Shown: positions 50,374-61,367, counted from the stretch's first letter. The stretch is DNA of 64,000 nt from an uncultured Methanolobus sp. (GCA_963675495.1 OY776215.1:1984001-2048000); one strand, 5' to 3'. Notes: generated by a model from the sequence alone, not told the origin. A program made the numbers and translations.

Positions 50374-51477
50374 ATGGACAAAATCAAGATCGCAATTGTT
50401 GGGATTGGCAATTGTGCAAGCTCTCTGATCCAAGGCATTGAGTATTACAACAATAAAGAAGAAAACGATGCTACTGGCTTAATGCATTGGGATATTGGCG
50501 GTTACAGGCCATTTGATATTGAAGTAGTTGCTGCATTTGATATTGACAAAAGGAAAGTTGGTAAGGATGTATCAGAGGCTATTTTTGCACCACCCAACTG
50601 TACGGCAGTATTCTGCCCCGAGCTTCCAAAAACCGATGTCATTGTAAAAATGGGGCGTATTCTAGATGGTGTTTCTGAACATATGGTGGATTATAGCGAT
50701 AACAGGAGATTCCTTCCTTCCACTGAAAAAGAAGCCGACAAAGAACAGATAGTGAAAGAATTAAAGGACTCCGGAGCTGAGATATTGCTTAACTATCTTC
50801 CGGTAGGTTCTGAGGAAGCAGTTCGTTTCTATGCTGAATGCGCTCTTGAGGCAGGAGTTGCATACATTAATAATATGCCTGTTTTTATCGTGAGCAATCC
50901 TGAATGGGCAGCGAAGTTCGAAGAGAAAGGTATCCCTATCATTGGTGATGATATAAAAGCTCAGCTTGGTGCAACCATTACTCACAGGACTCTGGCTGAC
51001 CTTTTCCACAAGCGTGGTGTGAAACTGGAGAGAACCTATCAGCTTAATACCGGAGGCAACACTGATTTTCTTAACATGCTCAACAGGAACAGACTTGCCT
51101 CAAAGAAAGAATCCAAAACAGAAGCTGTCCAGTCTGTAGTTGGCCAGAGGATGGATGATGATAACATCCATGTAGGTCCAAGTGACTATGTTCCATGGCA
51201 GAATGATAACAAGGTCTGCTTCTTGAGAATGGAAGGAAAACTCTTTGGTGATGTTCCAATGAATATAGAGCTTCGTCTCTCGGTAGAAGATTCTCCTAAC
51301 TCTGCAGGAGTGGTCATTGATGCTATCAGGTGTTGCAAACTTGCCCTTGATAGAGGTGTTGGCGGTATACTGTACTCACCATCATCCTATTTCATGAAAC
51401 ATCCTCCAAAGCAGTTCACAGATGATGAGGCCCACCTGATGACCGATGAGTTCATCAGGGGTTTGCGGGACAACTGA
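50374..51477 (+). CDS. ino1: Inositol-3-phosphate synthase
   Basis: GIGNCASS, NYLPVGS, GDDIKAQ, NTGGNTDFLN, EDSPNSAG. Confidence 0.95.
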   Translation: MDKIKIAIVGIGNCASSLIQGIEYYNNKEENDATGLMHWDIGGYRPFDIEVVAAFDIDKRKVGKDVSEAIFAPPNCTAVFCPELPKTDVIVKMGRILDGVSEHMVDYSDNRRFLPSTEKEADKEQIVKELKDSGAEILLNYLPVGSEEAVRFYAECALEAGVAYINNMPVFIVSNPEWAAKFEEKGIPIIGDDIKAQLGATITHRTLADLFHKRGVKLERTYQLNTGGNTDFLNMLNRNRLASKKESKTEAVQSVVGQRMDDDNIHVGPSDYVPWQNDNKVCFLRMEGKLFGDVPMNIELRLSVEDSPNSAGVVIDAIRCCKLALDRGVGGILYSPSSYFMKHPPKQFTDDEAHLMTDEFIRGLRDN

Positions 51478-51490
51478 ATCGGAATCATAC

Positions 51491-52318
51491 ATGATATTTG
51501 CTACCACTGGGAGGAAACGCAGGATATATGGTGTTGACTTCAGTGGTGCAAAAGATGCAGGTCGCAAGATCTGGATAAGCGAAGGGGTTGCAGAAGGTGA
51601 TATGCTTACACTTCTCAACTGTTATCCCATATCGGATATTGTAGCTAATAAGAGCAAGGAGAGAGGGGCATGTCTATCTGCTTTGCGCGACCTTATAATT
51701 TCAAACAAACAGTCTGTTTTTGGGATGGATTTCCCTTTTAGTCTTCCTCAAAAACTGATGTCCGGCAAAGACTGGTATTCTTTTGTATCTGATTTTCCTC
51801 GCGAATATCAATCTGCCGACGAATTTAGAGCGGCGATGCAAATTGCCGGTGGAAAAACTGAATTGAAGCGTCTTACAGATGTTGAGGTCAAGGCTCCGTT
51901 TAGCATTTACAATCTCTGGGTATACAAGCAGACATACTACGGAATTCGTGATGTTGTACGTCCTCTTGTAATGTCAGGAGAAGCTTGTGCACTTCCGATG
52001 CAGGAACCACAGGAACATAAGCCATGGCTTATGGAAATATGTCCGGCATCAACACTGAAGAGTGAAGACCTTTACATCAGCTATAAGGGAAGGACTGAAA
52101 AAGAGAGGCAAACCCGGAAACACATTCTGGATGAAATGCTCCATAAAGGAATAACTGTCCCGGACGAAATCCGGGAACAAATAATATACAATAAGGATGG
52201 AGATGCCCTTGACAGCTTCATTGCAGCCTATGCTACATTTCGGTCTTTCAGGAAGCTTGATGATATCATTGGTAACTTGCCTGACATCTATCTCCGGGAA
52301 GGTTACACTTTCTTTTAA
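51491..52318 (+). CDS. DUF429-like predicted nuclease (RNase H fold)
   Basis: YGVDFSGA, GMDFPF, KRLTD, EICPA, DALDS. Confidence 0.75.
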   Translation: MIFATTGRKRRIYGVDFSGAKDAGRKIWISEGVAEGDMLTLLNCYPISDIVANKSKERGACLSALRDLIISNKQSVFGMDFPFSLPQKLMSGKDWYSFVSDFPREYQSADEFRAAMQIAGGKTELKRLTDVEVKAPFSIYNLWVYKQTYYGIRDVVRPLVMSGEACALPMQEPQEHKPWLMEICPASTLKSEDLYISYKGRTEKERQTRKHILDEMLHKGITVPDEIREQIIYNKDGDALDSFIAAYATFRSFRKLDDIIGNLPDIYLREGYTFF

Positions 52319-52860
52319 TCCTTACTTATTCCAAGAAGATCATATAGATCATCAGGTTTTTCGAGGAGGGTTATATTTTCCATCTGTCCCAGCTTTTCAG
52401 TATTGGAGACATCAACATCGCGCATTTTCAGCTCCATAATGCGACCTTCAGGTGATGCTGTTTTTACAGTGCCTTTCTTTTGGTCCACAGGAAGGATGTA
52501 AATGGGGGTTTTTCCTTTCGCAGTTTGTGCAACAGCGTTTGTGACAAGTGTGTCAGCAATGCCATATACTATCTTGGCAACAGTATTTGCAGTGCAAGGA
52601 GCAATGATGAGCGCATCGTAGTGTCCTACCTGCAGTGGTCCTGCTATAAAGGGAGAATTTGGTCCAGCGCCGGTCTTGAAATTAGGGAAATCCCTCTGGA
52701 TATCATTCCACATACGATACCATTTCATAACTGTCTCGCCTTCTTTGGATAAGAATACCATTATCTCGATATTACTCTTCTTCTTGATGTCAACCATTGC
52801 ATCATATGTCTCTTTGATCAGGTCTCCTGATCCGGTAATTCCCCATGCTATCCTTTTCAT
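52315..52860 (-). CDS. afpA: Archaeoflavoprotein AfpA
   Basis: IAWGITGSG, GPNSPF, PCTANTVAKI, IADTLVTN. Confidence 0.9.
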   Translation of the reverse strand: MKRIAWGITGSGDLIKETYDAMVDIKKKSNIEIMVFLSKEGETVMKWYRMWNDIQRDFPNFKTGAGPNSPFIAGPLQVGHYDALIIAPCTANTVAKIVYGIADTLVTNAVAQTAKGKTPIYILPVDQKKGTVKTASPEGRIMELKMRDVDVSNTEKLGQMENITLLEKPDDLYDLLGISKD

Positions 52861-52897
52861 GATTTTTGCTGCCTCCTCTTCTTCCTTAAAATAAGGT

Positions 52898-53596
52898 TCA
52901 ATATCCAATCAATGATTCCTTGTTTATCATGCTGTCAGGTATTTTCATATCGTGGAGCATTTCCATCATTGAGTCCACCATAGGAGGTGGTCCGCATACG
53001 TAGAAAATTCTTTCTGCGTAGTCAGGTAGTTCTCTTACGATCATGCTTTCACATATGCGCTCTCTGCACCCTGTCCAGTTTCCTGAAGCCCTTGTTAGTG
53101 TATTGAAAAAGGTAAGATTTGTATTTTGTTTTTGCATCTCTTCAAGTTCTTCTGTAAATATCATATCCTTTTCTGCTTTGTCACTGCATATCAGCATGAT
53201 ATTCGTGCTGAGCTTCATATCAGTGCAATACTTACAGATGCTTATCATAGGGGTAATGCCTATGCCTCCGCTAAGAAGTGCTATTTTTTCATACTCGCCT
53301 TCAAAGGTCATTTTTCCGAATGGACCACTTATAAGTGCGGTATCACCTATTACCATGGCATCCAGCAAATTTGAAAATTCATGGCCTGTAAGTTTCTTTG
53401 TAAATTCGAGATGGTCTTTTTCCGTAGGGCTGCTTGACAGGGTGAAAGCCTTGCTAAGTTTCTTCCCATTTGAATTAAGCGTCACTGTGACATACTGCCC
53501 GGCTTTGTAATCAAAAGCCTCCGGTTTTTTGAACCTGAAACTTTTCACATTGTATGACCGTTTGATGATTTCGGTCACAGGTTCTTCGAATTTCAA
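52898..53596 (-). CDS. FNR-like FAD/NAD(P)-binding oxidoreductase
   Basis: FTLSSSP, GPFG, GGIGITP, YVCGPPPM. Confidence 0.9.
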   Translation of the reverse strand: MKFEEPVTEIIKRSYNVKSFRFKKPEAFDYKAGQYVTVTLNSNGKKLSKAFTLSSSPTEKDHLEFTKKLTGHEFSNLLDAMVIGDTALISGPFGKMTFEGEYEKIALLSGGIGITPMISICKYCTDMKLSTNIMLICSDKAEKDMIFTEELEEMQKQNTNLTFFNTLTRASGNWTGCRERICESMIVRELPDYAERIFYVCGPPPMVDSMMEMLHDMKIPDSMINKESLIGY

Positions 53597-53606
53597 CTTT
53601 GCACCT

Positions 53607-54227
53607 CTACTTGAGAGCCTTCATAGCTATGGCCGTTTTCATCATCTTATTGATGGTCCTGTGAAGACTTCTTATTCCTTCTGAATCTTCAGCAACCCCT
53701 TCAGCTCCTTTATCCTTTGACCAGAATGTTCCGCCAAGGTTCGACCCGAAAGAACCGCCTGCAACGGGTATCATCTCACTGATGATGTAGAAGTTCAAAA
53801 TATTCTGTATGGCTGGTTCCTGTCCCCCCATCCTGTCCCCGCCAACTGCAGCTGCAGCACCCACTTTGTTCATGAAGGCTTTTGGGTCACGGGCAACAAC
53901 TGCACGGCACCTGTCTATTATCGTCTTTGTCTGGGCACTTAATGTGCCTTGATATACTGGAGTGCCAATGATCCATGCATCAGCCCAGAGCATCTTGTCA
54001 TAGAGTTCGACAAGGTCATCCTTGTGAATACATCCTTCCTTTTTACGTACACAGTAATCACAATGGATGCAGAATTTCATATTTTTGCCACTTGCAGAAA
54101 AATAGTCTACTTCTGCACCGTATTTCTCCTGCGCGTATCTCAGGGCTTCATTGACAACATAGTCTGTGGATTTTTTTCTGGGGCTGCCTGAGATTCCCAG
54201 TAATCGAATGCATGTGTCATCGGACAT
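53607..54227 (-). CDS. isf: Iron-sulfur flavoprotein (Isf family)
   Basis: ISGSPR, CIHCDYC-x6-C cluster motif, GTPVY, GGQE. Confidence 0.88.
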   Translation of the reverse strand: MSDDTCIRLLGISGSPRKKSTDYVVNEALRYAQEKYGAEVDYFSASGKNMKFCIHCDYCVRKKEGCIHKDDLVELYDKMLWADAWIIGTPVYQGTLSAQTKTIIDRCRAVVARDPKAFMNKVGAAAAVGGDRMGGQEPAIQNILNFYIISEMIPVAGGSFGSNLGGTFWSKDKGAEGVAEDSEGIRSLHRTINKMMKTAIAMKALK

Positions 54228-54247
54228 TATGGCACTCCTTTTTGTTT

Positions 54248-54439
54248 TTAATCTAATGTTATTGATTCTGTGGGGCAGGCATCAACACAGTTACCACATT
54301 CCACACAGTCATCAGGACGTGCGATTACGGATTTGAGGTTTCCATTCTCGTCTGCTTCAATGTCTATAACATCTGTAGGGCATGATTCTGCACATGCTCC
54401 TATTCCTTCACATTTGTTCTTGTCTACTTTAGGTGGCAT
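54248..54439 (-). CDS. Dicluster ferredoxin
   Basis: CEGIGACAESCP and CVECGNCVDACP. Confidence 0.92.
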   Translation of the reverse strand: MPPKVDKNKCEGIGACAESCPTDVIDIEADENGNLKSVIARPDDCVECGNCVDACPTESITLD

Positions 54440-54455
54440 TTTTTATTTTCTCCGA

Positions 54456-55865
54456 TTATTTTCTTTTGAATATGTACATCATCAACATAAAAACCATGCA
54501 AGCAGTGAATATACTGAAACCTGGTGTTGATTCGTTTCTATCTTCCGGGGTTGTGTCTGGATCATATATTGTAGCTGACATCTCATTCATATTGATTACA
54601 GGTACCTCATACATTCCCTCTCCAAACAGGTGGTCGATCGTATACTGAGGTGCTGACCTGTAATTGAGGCTGGTCTCGACCTTAAGCGGATAAACAACAT
54701 TATTGGGCATGATGAATGTGTGCTCTTCTATCACTGTCTCCTTTGGTCCTATCCTGTTGTCTTCCAGTACTCTGTCGGCAAGCCAGAAACTATCAGTTGC
54801 ATTGCCTTCACTGTCACCTAGTACATTATTGTAGATTATCTTTGCAGACTCTATGTTCCCTTCCGTGTCAAGGGTTCCAGCACTGTAGAGCTCCTTATCT
54901 TCGCCGTCAGTGACGATTACTTCAAGCCATATTTGCCTGATCTCAGAAACGCCGGTTGGTATATTGTGTCCTGCTCCTGAATTCGTGATGGCTGCCTTGA
55001 TAGTAACTTCTTCGCCAGCGGACGCTATCTCAGGTACATCTACATCCAGTGTCGCAGTGTTTTGTAATCTTTCAACCGCCATATCTGCAATATTTTCAGC
55101 ACCGAACATTACAGGGATAAATGCGTTTCCACCTACAATGTCATGTGATGAGATGTGATCTCTTTTAGGGGCACCTGATCCTGCACGGCCCGGATTTGCC
55201 TTGAACTCTGTGATCCCTTCTGTCATATGGCAATCCTGGCATACCACATTATCCTCGGCGTACTGACTGTCTTTCCATGCTGGATATGTGTCATCTATGA
55301 CAAGTCCGTTTACAGGATGTATAACTTCGTGACACATTCCACAATATTCTGATTGGGTATAAAGCTCAAGATATTCGGATTCATGATAGGCTGACTTTGA
55401 GTCACTGAGAGGTCCCCATTTAGTATCTCCGGGGCTTACTATGAACTGGGCGTTACCTGTTCCTTCACTTCCTGAGACCACATGGCAGAAATCACACTGA
55501 ACTCCGAGTTTAGATATGTCACTCATTTCAGACCCATCTACAGGGGGAATCTCACCGGACACCACGCCTATGGGTGTGTGACAACGGGAACAGAATTCAT
55601 CTACTAATCCGTCAGTATCGGCGCTCGCAACCTTTACCTCTTCCAGGTAGAAAGGGTCAAGATATGCATTGAAATGCATTGTACCTTCCCATTCTCCGTA
55701 AATGATCGCATGACATTGTCTGCACCTGCTTTCATAAGTGAAATCATCAGCAGATAATTCCCCGAATTTTGTGGCTTCTTCTGCAGCTGCAAACCCACTG
55801 CAAATGGATAATAATACAATGCTTGCCACAAAAAAAAGTCTGCATCTTACAACAGTCCCCCTCAT
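54456..55865 (-). CDS. Pentaheme c-type cytochrome with signal peptide and PGF-CTERM
   Basis: Five CxxCH motifs (CRQCH, CSRCH, CDFCH, CGMCH, CQDCH); C-terminal TPGF-TM-KRK; GAGG RBS before ATG 55865. Confidence 0.92.
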   Translation of the reverse strand: MRGTVVRCRLFFVASIVLLSICSGFAAAEEATKFGELSADDFTYESRCRQCHAIIYGEWEGTMHFNAYLDPFYLEEVKVASADTDGLVDEFCSRCHTPIGVVSGEIPPVDGSEMSDISKLGVQCDFCHVVSGSEGTGNAQFIVSPGDTKWGPLSDSKSAYHESEYLELYTQSEYCGMCHEVIHPVNGLVIDDTYPAWKDSQYAEDNVVCQDCHMTEGITEFKANPGRAGSGAPKRDHISSHDIVGGNAFIPVMFGAENIADMAVERLQNTATLDVDVPEIASAGEEVTIKAAITNSGAGHNIPTGVSEIRQIWLEVIVTDGEDKELYSAGTLDTEGNIESAKIIYNNVLGDSEGNATDSFWLADRVLEDNRIGPKETVIEEHTFIMPNNVVYPLKVETSLNYRSAPQYTIDHLFGEGMYEVPVINMNEMSATIYDPDTTPEDRNESTPGFSIFTACMVFMLMMYIFKRK

Positions 55866-55912
55866 TTCCAATCCTCTCAATAGTATAATATTATGCGATA
55901 AATTGAACGATA

Positions 55913-55937
55913 AAGAGGAACCAGATTGGTCCCTCTT
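55913..55937 (-). terminator. Intercistronic hairpin between the CMD and cytochrome genes
   Basis: AAGAGGGACCA-ATC-TGGTTCCTCTT on the minus strand. Confidence 0.45.
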
Positions 55938-55947
55938 CATGGTATTT

Positions 55948-56322
55948 TTATTTGAGCAGCTTCAATGCATCTCTGCATGCAGCAACTGCGGGAGCTCCGG
56001 ATGTAATGAAAATAACATCCATTGTCTCCATTATCTCTTCTTTTGTTGCCCCGTTCTTCAGAGCACTCTTCATCTGTGATGCAACACAACGTTCACACTG
56101 CTTTGATGCAACGACAGCAAGAGCCATTAATATCTTTGTTTTAGCAGGCAGTGCACCGTCACTGAGTATCTTGTTGTTGCACATGTTGTACTTGTGAAGG
56201 AACTCAGGTTCCAGCTCTCCAAGTGTTTCCAGTATCTGGGGTGTGAATCCTAATTTGTCCGACATGTCGTCAATGATCTCTCTGTGTCCGCCACATCCTT
56301 TTCCTTTATTTTCTCCGCACAT
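55948..56322 (-). CDS. Carboxymuconolactone-decarboxylase-family disulfide reductase (MdrA-like)
   Basis: [28 protein letters not shown]. Confidence 0.88.
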
Positions 56323-56354
56323 AATTTATCCTCCGTGTTATTAATCAATTATAA

Positions 56355-56573
56355 TCAGTCAAATCCGTCTTCGATCGTCTGGCCGAAGCAGTAGTGGCAC
56401 AGAATCCTTGGCAATCCGTTTGGAAGCCTTTGAACATGGGGTGGCTGACCTACTGACACCGGGAGTTCGAGTTCCTTCGTGTGGTCAGTGCAAAGCCCTT
56501 TTCCACAAGCGATACAGACACATGTTGCTTCTGCGTCTTTTCCTTCTTCCATGCAGTCATAACATTTCATCAT
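56355..56573 (-). CDS. Cys-rich small protein (DUF2180-like)
   Basis: MKCYDC...CIACGKGLCTDH...ILCHYC. Confidence 0.85.
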   Translation of the reverse strand: MMKCYDCMEEGKDAEATCVCIACGKGLCTDHTKELELPVSVGQPPHVQRLPNGLPRILCHYCFGQTIEDGFD

Positions 56574-56581
56574 AATATCAC

Positions 56582-56821
56582 CTAAAAGTTCTCCACCAGT
56601 GCTTTGTGACAAGACGTGCAGAGTATTTTCTTCCAGTGCTGGACATCTTTGTAGTCACATGCAATTCCCATGCCGCACTTCAGTTTAATGCTGTATTCAC
56701 CTTCCCATACAGGTGTTTCTTCTCTTACCAGATGCTCCTTACAAACACCTCTCCCGCAGATTATGCAGATAGCCAAGGTATCGCTATCTTTTCCGTCTTT
56801 TGAACATTCAAAGCATTTCAT
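56582..56821 (-). CDS. Cys-rich small protein (DUF2180-like paralog)
   Basis: MKCFEC...CIICGRGVCKEH...ILCTSC. Confidence 0.85.
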   Translation of the reverse strand: MKCFECSKDGKDSDTLAICIICGRGVCKEHLVREETPVWEGEYSIKLKCGMGIACDYKDVQHWKKILCTSCHKALVENF

Positions 56822-57188
56822 GATGATCACTCTACTCTAAGTTTAATTTATTCGTAAACGATTCTCATATTCAATTCATATTCTTACAGATAGGCAAGTA
56901 CTCTTCCAGGTAATGACTCAATAACTCCCGGTGCGTCACCTCCTACAAATATGAACAATATTTCATCTGACAGTTACTGAATATATCTGTAACGGTAAAT
57001 ACACATCCATTTTTTACAAAGTGTTATCTTTCTGCAGTTCTTTTTTATTTATTTGGTTCTGATTGAATTATTTATGTGTAAGTATTAATTTTGTCCTGCT
57101 CTTTGCGGATTGTCTTTATATGCAATGATAATATTAAACCAACAAAGTTTTAAATATGTATAGATACCTGAATAGCAACACTCTTTAG

Positions 57189-58181
<993 letters not shown>

Positions 58182-58209
58182 ACAAAAAAAAGAACGTCGG
58201 AGGCAGCTA

Positions 58210-59238
58210 ATGGCCCATCCAAAAATATTAGAGGTCATTGAGCACGACGTCTGTACTGCTTGTGGGGCATGTGTATCAACATGTCCTGCTGGTGCTATCA
58301 TTATGAACAAGCATGCAGAAGTCCGTGACCCAGATAATTTAGAACTATATGTCCAGGGAGCAGCACCTGATGTATGTGAGGGATGTCTCACATGCGGCAG
58401 ATTATGTCCTGTTATCGATGGATATGTAGAGGATGAATTTGCAAATGTAAAAGAGTTCTTTGGAGCAAAGAGCACAATATCCGGTCAGGATGGTGGTGTA
58501 ACATCACTACTGGCAAAAGCTTTGCTCGAGACCGGTGCAGTAGATTGCATCGTCGGTATCACTAAGGATGAGAAATGGGGTACTGAGCTTATAGTTATGA
58601 CCAAACCGGAAGATGTTGACGGGACAACAGGTACCAAGTATACCTATGATTCAGTTCTTTCAGCACTAAGGGAACCTTTTGAGAAATACGATAAAATCGG
58701 CGTAATTGGTGTACCATGCCAGGCGCACGGCGCACGTCTCATTATGGAAAATAACAATGACAAGATCGTTGTCATTCTTGGTCTGTTGTGCATGGAAAGT
58801 TTCTATCACGATATTATGGCAGAGAAGATCGTTCCTGAAGTAATGGGACTTAACCTTGAAGATGTCGTAAAAATGGACTTTGGTAAAGGTAAATTCTGGA
58901 ATTACACAAAGGACGGGGAAGCCCACAGTGTGAAGATCCCTGAAGTTGCTCACTATGCAAGAAATCCATGCCACAACTGTTGTGACTATACCTCAGTGTC
59001 TGCTGATATCTCACTTGGTTCAGTAGGTACTCCAGATGGATGGAACTGTGTACTTATACGCACAGAAGAAGGTAAGAAGGTATTTGATCTTGTCAAAGAC
59101 AAGGTTGAGATCATGGAAGATCCTAAACCAGGAATGGACCTGATCAAGAAGCTTGCTAAAATGAAACACGATAACAACTCAGGACACTACTTGGAAGTGT
59201 GTGAGAAGTTCACATTCGATGAATGTGGCATCCACTGA
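58210..59238 (+). CDS. fpoF: F420H2 dehydrogenase subunit F
   Basis: Two ferredoxin motifs plus FrhB-type motifs GQDGG, GVPCQ, GLLC and ADISLGSVG; follows mer. Confidence 0.93.
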   Translation: MAHPKILEVIEHDVCTACGACVSTCPAGAIIMNKHAEVRDPDNLELYVQGAAPDVCEGCLTCGRLCPVIDGYVEDEFANVKEFFGAKSTISGQDGGVTSLLAKALLETGAVDCIVGITKDEKWGTELIVMTKPEDVDGTTGTKYTYDSVLSALREPFEKYDKIGVIGVPCQAHGARLIMENNNDKIVVILGLLCMESFYHDIMAEKIVPEVMGLNLEDVVKMDFGKGKFWNYTKDGEAHSVKIPEVAHYARNPCHNCCDYTSVSADISLGSVGTPDGWNCVLIRTEEGKKVFDLVKDKVEIMEDPKPGMDLIKKLAKMKHDNNSGHYLEVCEKFTFDECGIH

Positions 59239-59251
59239 ATGGTTATCACCT

Positions 59252-59770
59252 ATGTATATGAGAAGAGCGTTCTATATCGGACGCTTTCAACCATTTCATC
59301 TCGGACATTATTCCATCATTAATGATATTGCCCGGGATGTGGATGAGGTAGTAATTGGTATAGGCAGTGCGCAGAAAAGCCACGAGCCTAAGAATCCATT
59401 TACTGCTGGTGAGCGCGTAATGATGATCAAGCATGCTCTTGAGGATGCTGATGTGATGCACTACGCCATACCTATAGAAGACCTGCAAAGAAATGCTGTG
59501 TGGGTCTCCCATATTATCTCTATGACCCCTCCTTTTGATGTTGTTTATTCCAATAATCCTCTTGTTGTACGTCTTTTCAAGGAAGCGGGTATCATTGTCA
59601 GACAACCTCCTATGTACCAGAGGGAAGGCTATTCCGGCAGCGAGACCAGAAGACGAATGCTGAATGATGAGGACTGGAGAGTTCTTGTTCCCGAAGCTGT
59701 TGCTGATGTCATTGATGAGATAGATGGCGTGAACCGACTTAAAAGCGTGTCAAAAACAGATATTGATTAG
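59252..59770 (+). CDS. Nicotinamide-nucleotide adenylyltransferase
   Basis: YIGRFQPFHLGH, GSAQ, NPFTAGER, YSGSE. Confidence 0.95.
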   Translation: MYMRRAFYIGRFQPFHLGHYSIINDIARDVDEVVIGIGSAQKSHEPKNPFTAGERVMMIKHALEDADVMHYAIPIEDLQRNAVWVSHIISMTPPFDVVYSNNPLVVRLFKEAGIIVRQPPMYQREGYSGSETRRRMLNDEDWRVLVPEAVADVIDEIDGVNRLKSVSKTDID

Positions 59771-59828
59771 TTATTTTCCTGAATATACCTTAATTAAAAG
59801 AAAGTTCAGGCATAGTAATCCATGCCAA

Positions 59829-60296
59829 TTAACTGTTTTTCGATTCGATACCTTTGCGGATGGCTTCGTTGAATGCTTTTGTGCAGCAATTTCCTGTTGG
59901 ATTTTTCACTTTACACTGGCATTTTCCATCCTTGTCATAGAATTTCCTTATGGTTGCCATATCCTGCATTCCGTGTTCAAGGACTGCTTTTATTACATCG
60001 TCTTCTGTTATACGGCTGCAATAGCAGGCATATTTGGGACTTGCATCTTTCTTGAACCACAATGGAACTTTGATGTCTCTCTTATCAAAGAGCGTACCTT
60101 TCTCATCGTAGTAAGCGACATCACATTCCGGGTCCATGCACAGGTGATAGTCTCCTTTTCCAACTCTTTCCATCTGCTCTTTTTCGACTATATGCCTGAC
60201 CGTGACATTCTTTACAGGGATTCCGATTTCTTTGCAGGTTGGACATGCGACAAAACCGGTTGTGCTTCTTAGAACGGGAATCTGTTTATTAGCCAT
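59829..60296 (-). CDS. CopZ-N-terminal/BFD-like [2Fe-2S]/Zn protein
   Basis: CPTC, VKNVTV, CMDPECDVAYY, CYC, CKVKNPTGNCC. Confidence 0.82.
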   Translation of the reverse strand: MANKQIPVLRSTTGFVACPTCKEIGIPVKNVTVRHIVEKEQMERVGKGDYHLCMDPECDVAYYDEKGTLFDKRDIKVPLWFKKDASPKYACYCSRITEDDVIKAVLEHGMQDMATIRKFYDKDGKCQCKVKNPTGNCCTKAFNEAIRKGIESKNS

Positions 60297-60299
60297 TGT

Positions 60300-61334
60300 T
60301 TAGACATCCGCTTTTATAAGTTCCAATTTAAGGCTCTCAACCGGGTATCCTGAATACTGTCTTTCACTTATGTCGGTATCTTCTTCTACTATTTTGATCG
60401 AGAATCCTGCTTCCTTTATTTTGTTAAGGTAATCCTCTTTTAGCAAAGCTCCGCCAACACAGGCACAGATGAGTTCCTCATTATTCCTGTCCTCTTCCGT
60501 GAGATCCTTCAATAAGACCATATCAGATATGAACATCCTGCCACCTTTTCTGAGTACTCTGTATGCTTCCCTGAATACTCTGGATTTGTCAGGTGTAAGG
60601 TTTATCACGCAGTTGCTTATGATAACGTCAATGGAACCACTTTCAACGGGAAGGTCTTCTATATCTCCTTTCCTGAACTCTACATTTTTATATCCATACT
60701 TTTCAACATTATTTCTGGCCTTTGCAAGCATTTCATCTGTCATATCCACACCAATGACCTTTCCGCCATCGCCTACTTTTCTAACAGCCAGAAAACTGTC
60801 AAATCCTGCTCCTGAACCCAGGTCTAGAACAGTATCGCCTTTTTTGATCTCACCAAGTGCCGTAGGATTTCCACATCCAAGGCCAAGGTTTGCTTCAGAG
60901 AATGATTTTGTTTCTTCAGTGGAATATCCAATAGATGTTGCCACTTGTTCGTTCGTAAGGTCTCCGCAACATCCACATTGTGCAATACCCAATGCGATTT
61001 GACTGTAGCCTTCCTTCACGATAGTCTTCTTCGTTCCCGCATCCATTGAACTTCCCGGGCAGCACGAGTCCACTTTTTCGACTCCGCACTTTTCAAGTAT
61101 TTCTTTCATTTTATCATCCTTTATGCTGTAAATTACGTATCTTCCATCCTTTTCATATCTCAGTATACCTGCTTCACAGAGTATTTTCAAATGCCGGGAT
61201 ACGGTTGTCTGGTCTTTTCCTGTTGTTGTAGAGAAGTCGCAGGCACAGTGGTCCTGCTTCAAAAGGCAACCTACGATAATAAGTCTGGTTTTGTCTCCCA
61301 GGGCTTTGAAGAACTTGGCTTTGTTCTCTTGCAT
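60300..61334 (-). CDS. arsM: ArsR-arsenite methyltransferase fusion
   Basis: N-terminal ArsR HTH ([10 protein letters not shown]...HCAC...VSRHL) fused to [29 protein letters not shown]. Confidence 0.9.
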   Translation of the reverse strand: MQENKAKFFKALGDKTRLIIVGCLLKQDHCACDFSTTTGKDQTTVSRHLKILCEAGILRYEKDGRYVIYSIKDDKMKEILEKCGVEKVDSCCPGSSMDAGTKKTIVKEGYSQIALGIAQCGCCGDLTNEQVATSIGYSTEETKSFSEANLGLGCGNPTALGEIKKGDTVLDLGSGAGFDSFLAVRKVGDGGKVIGVDMTDEMLAKARNNVEKYGYKNVEFRKGDIEDLPVESGSIDVIISNCVINLTPDKSRVFREAYRVLRKGGRMFISDMVLLKDLTEEDRNNEELICACVGGALLKEDYLNKIKEAGFSIKIVEEDTDISERQYSGYPVESLKLELIKADV

Positions 61335-61341
61335 ACAATTG

Positions 61342-61367
61342 CATATATGTGCATTTATACATATATA
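61342..61367. promoter_or_regulatory. ArsR/SmtB-type 12-2-12 operator
   Basis: ATATATGT-N8-ACATATAT inverted repeat 8 bp upstream of the arsR-arsM start. Confidence 0.65.

Noticed and set aside
56570-56584. Amber readthrough fusing the two DUF2180-like genes (also tested for isf and the FNR-like gene)
   Set aside because: The downstream genes are in different frames.
56871-56966. Small amber-containing ORF MKYCSYL*EVTH... on the minus strand
   Set aside because: No RBS before the ATG and no protein-like motif; no desulforedoxin or rubredoxin pattern.
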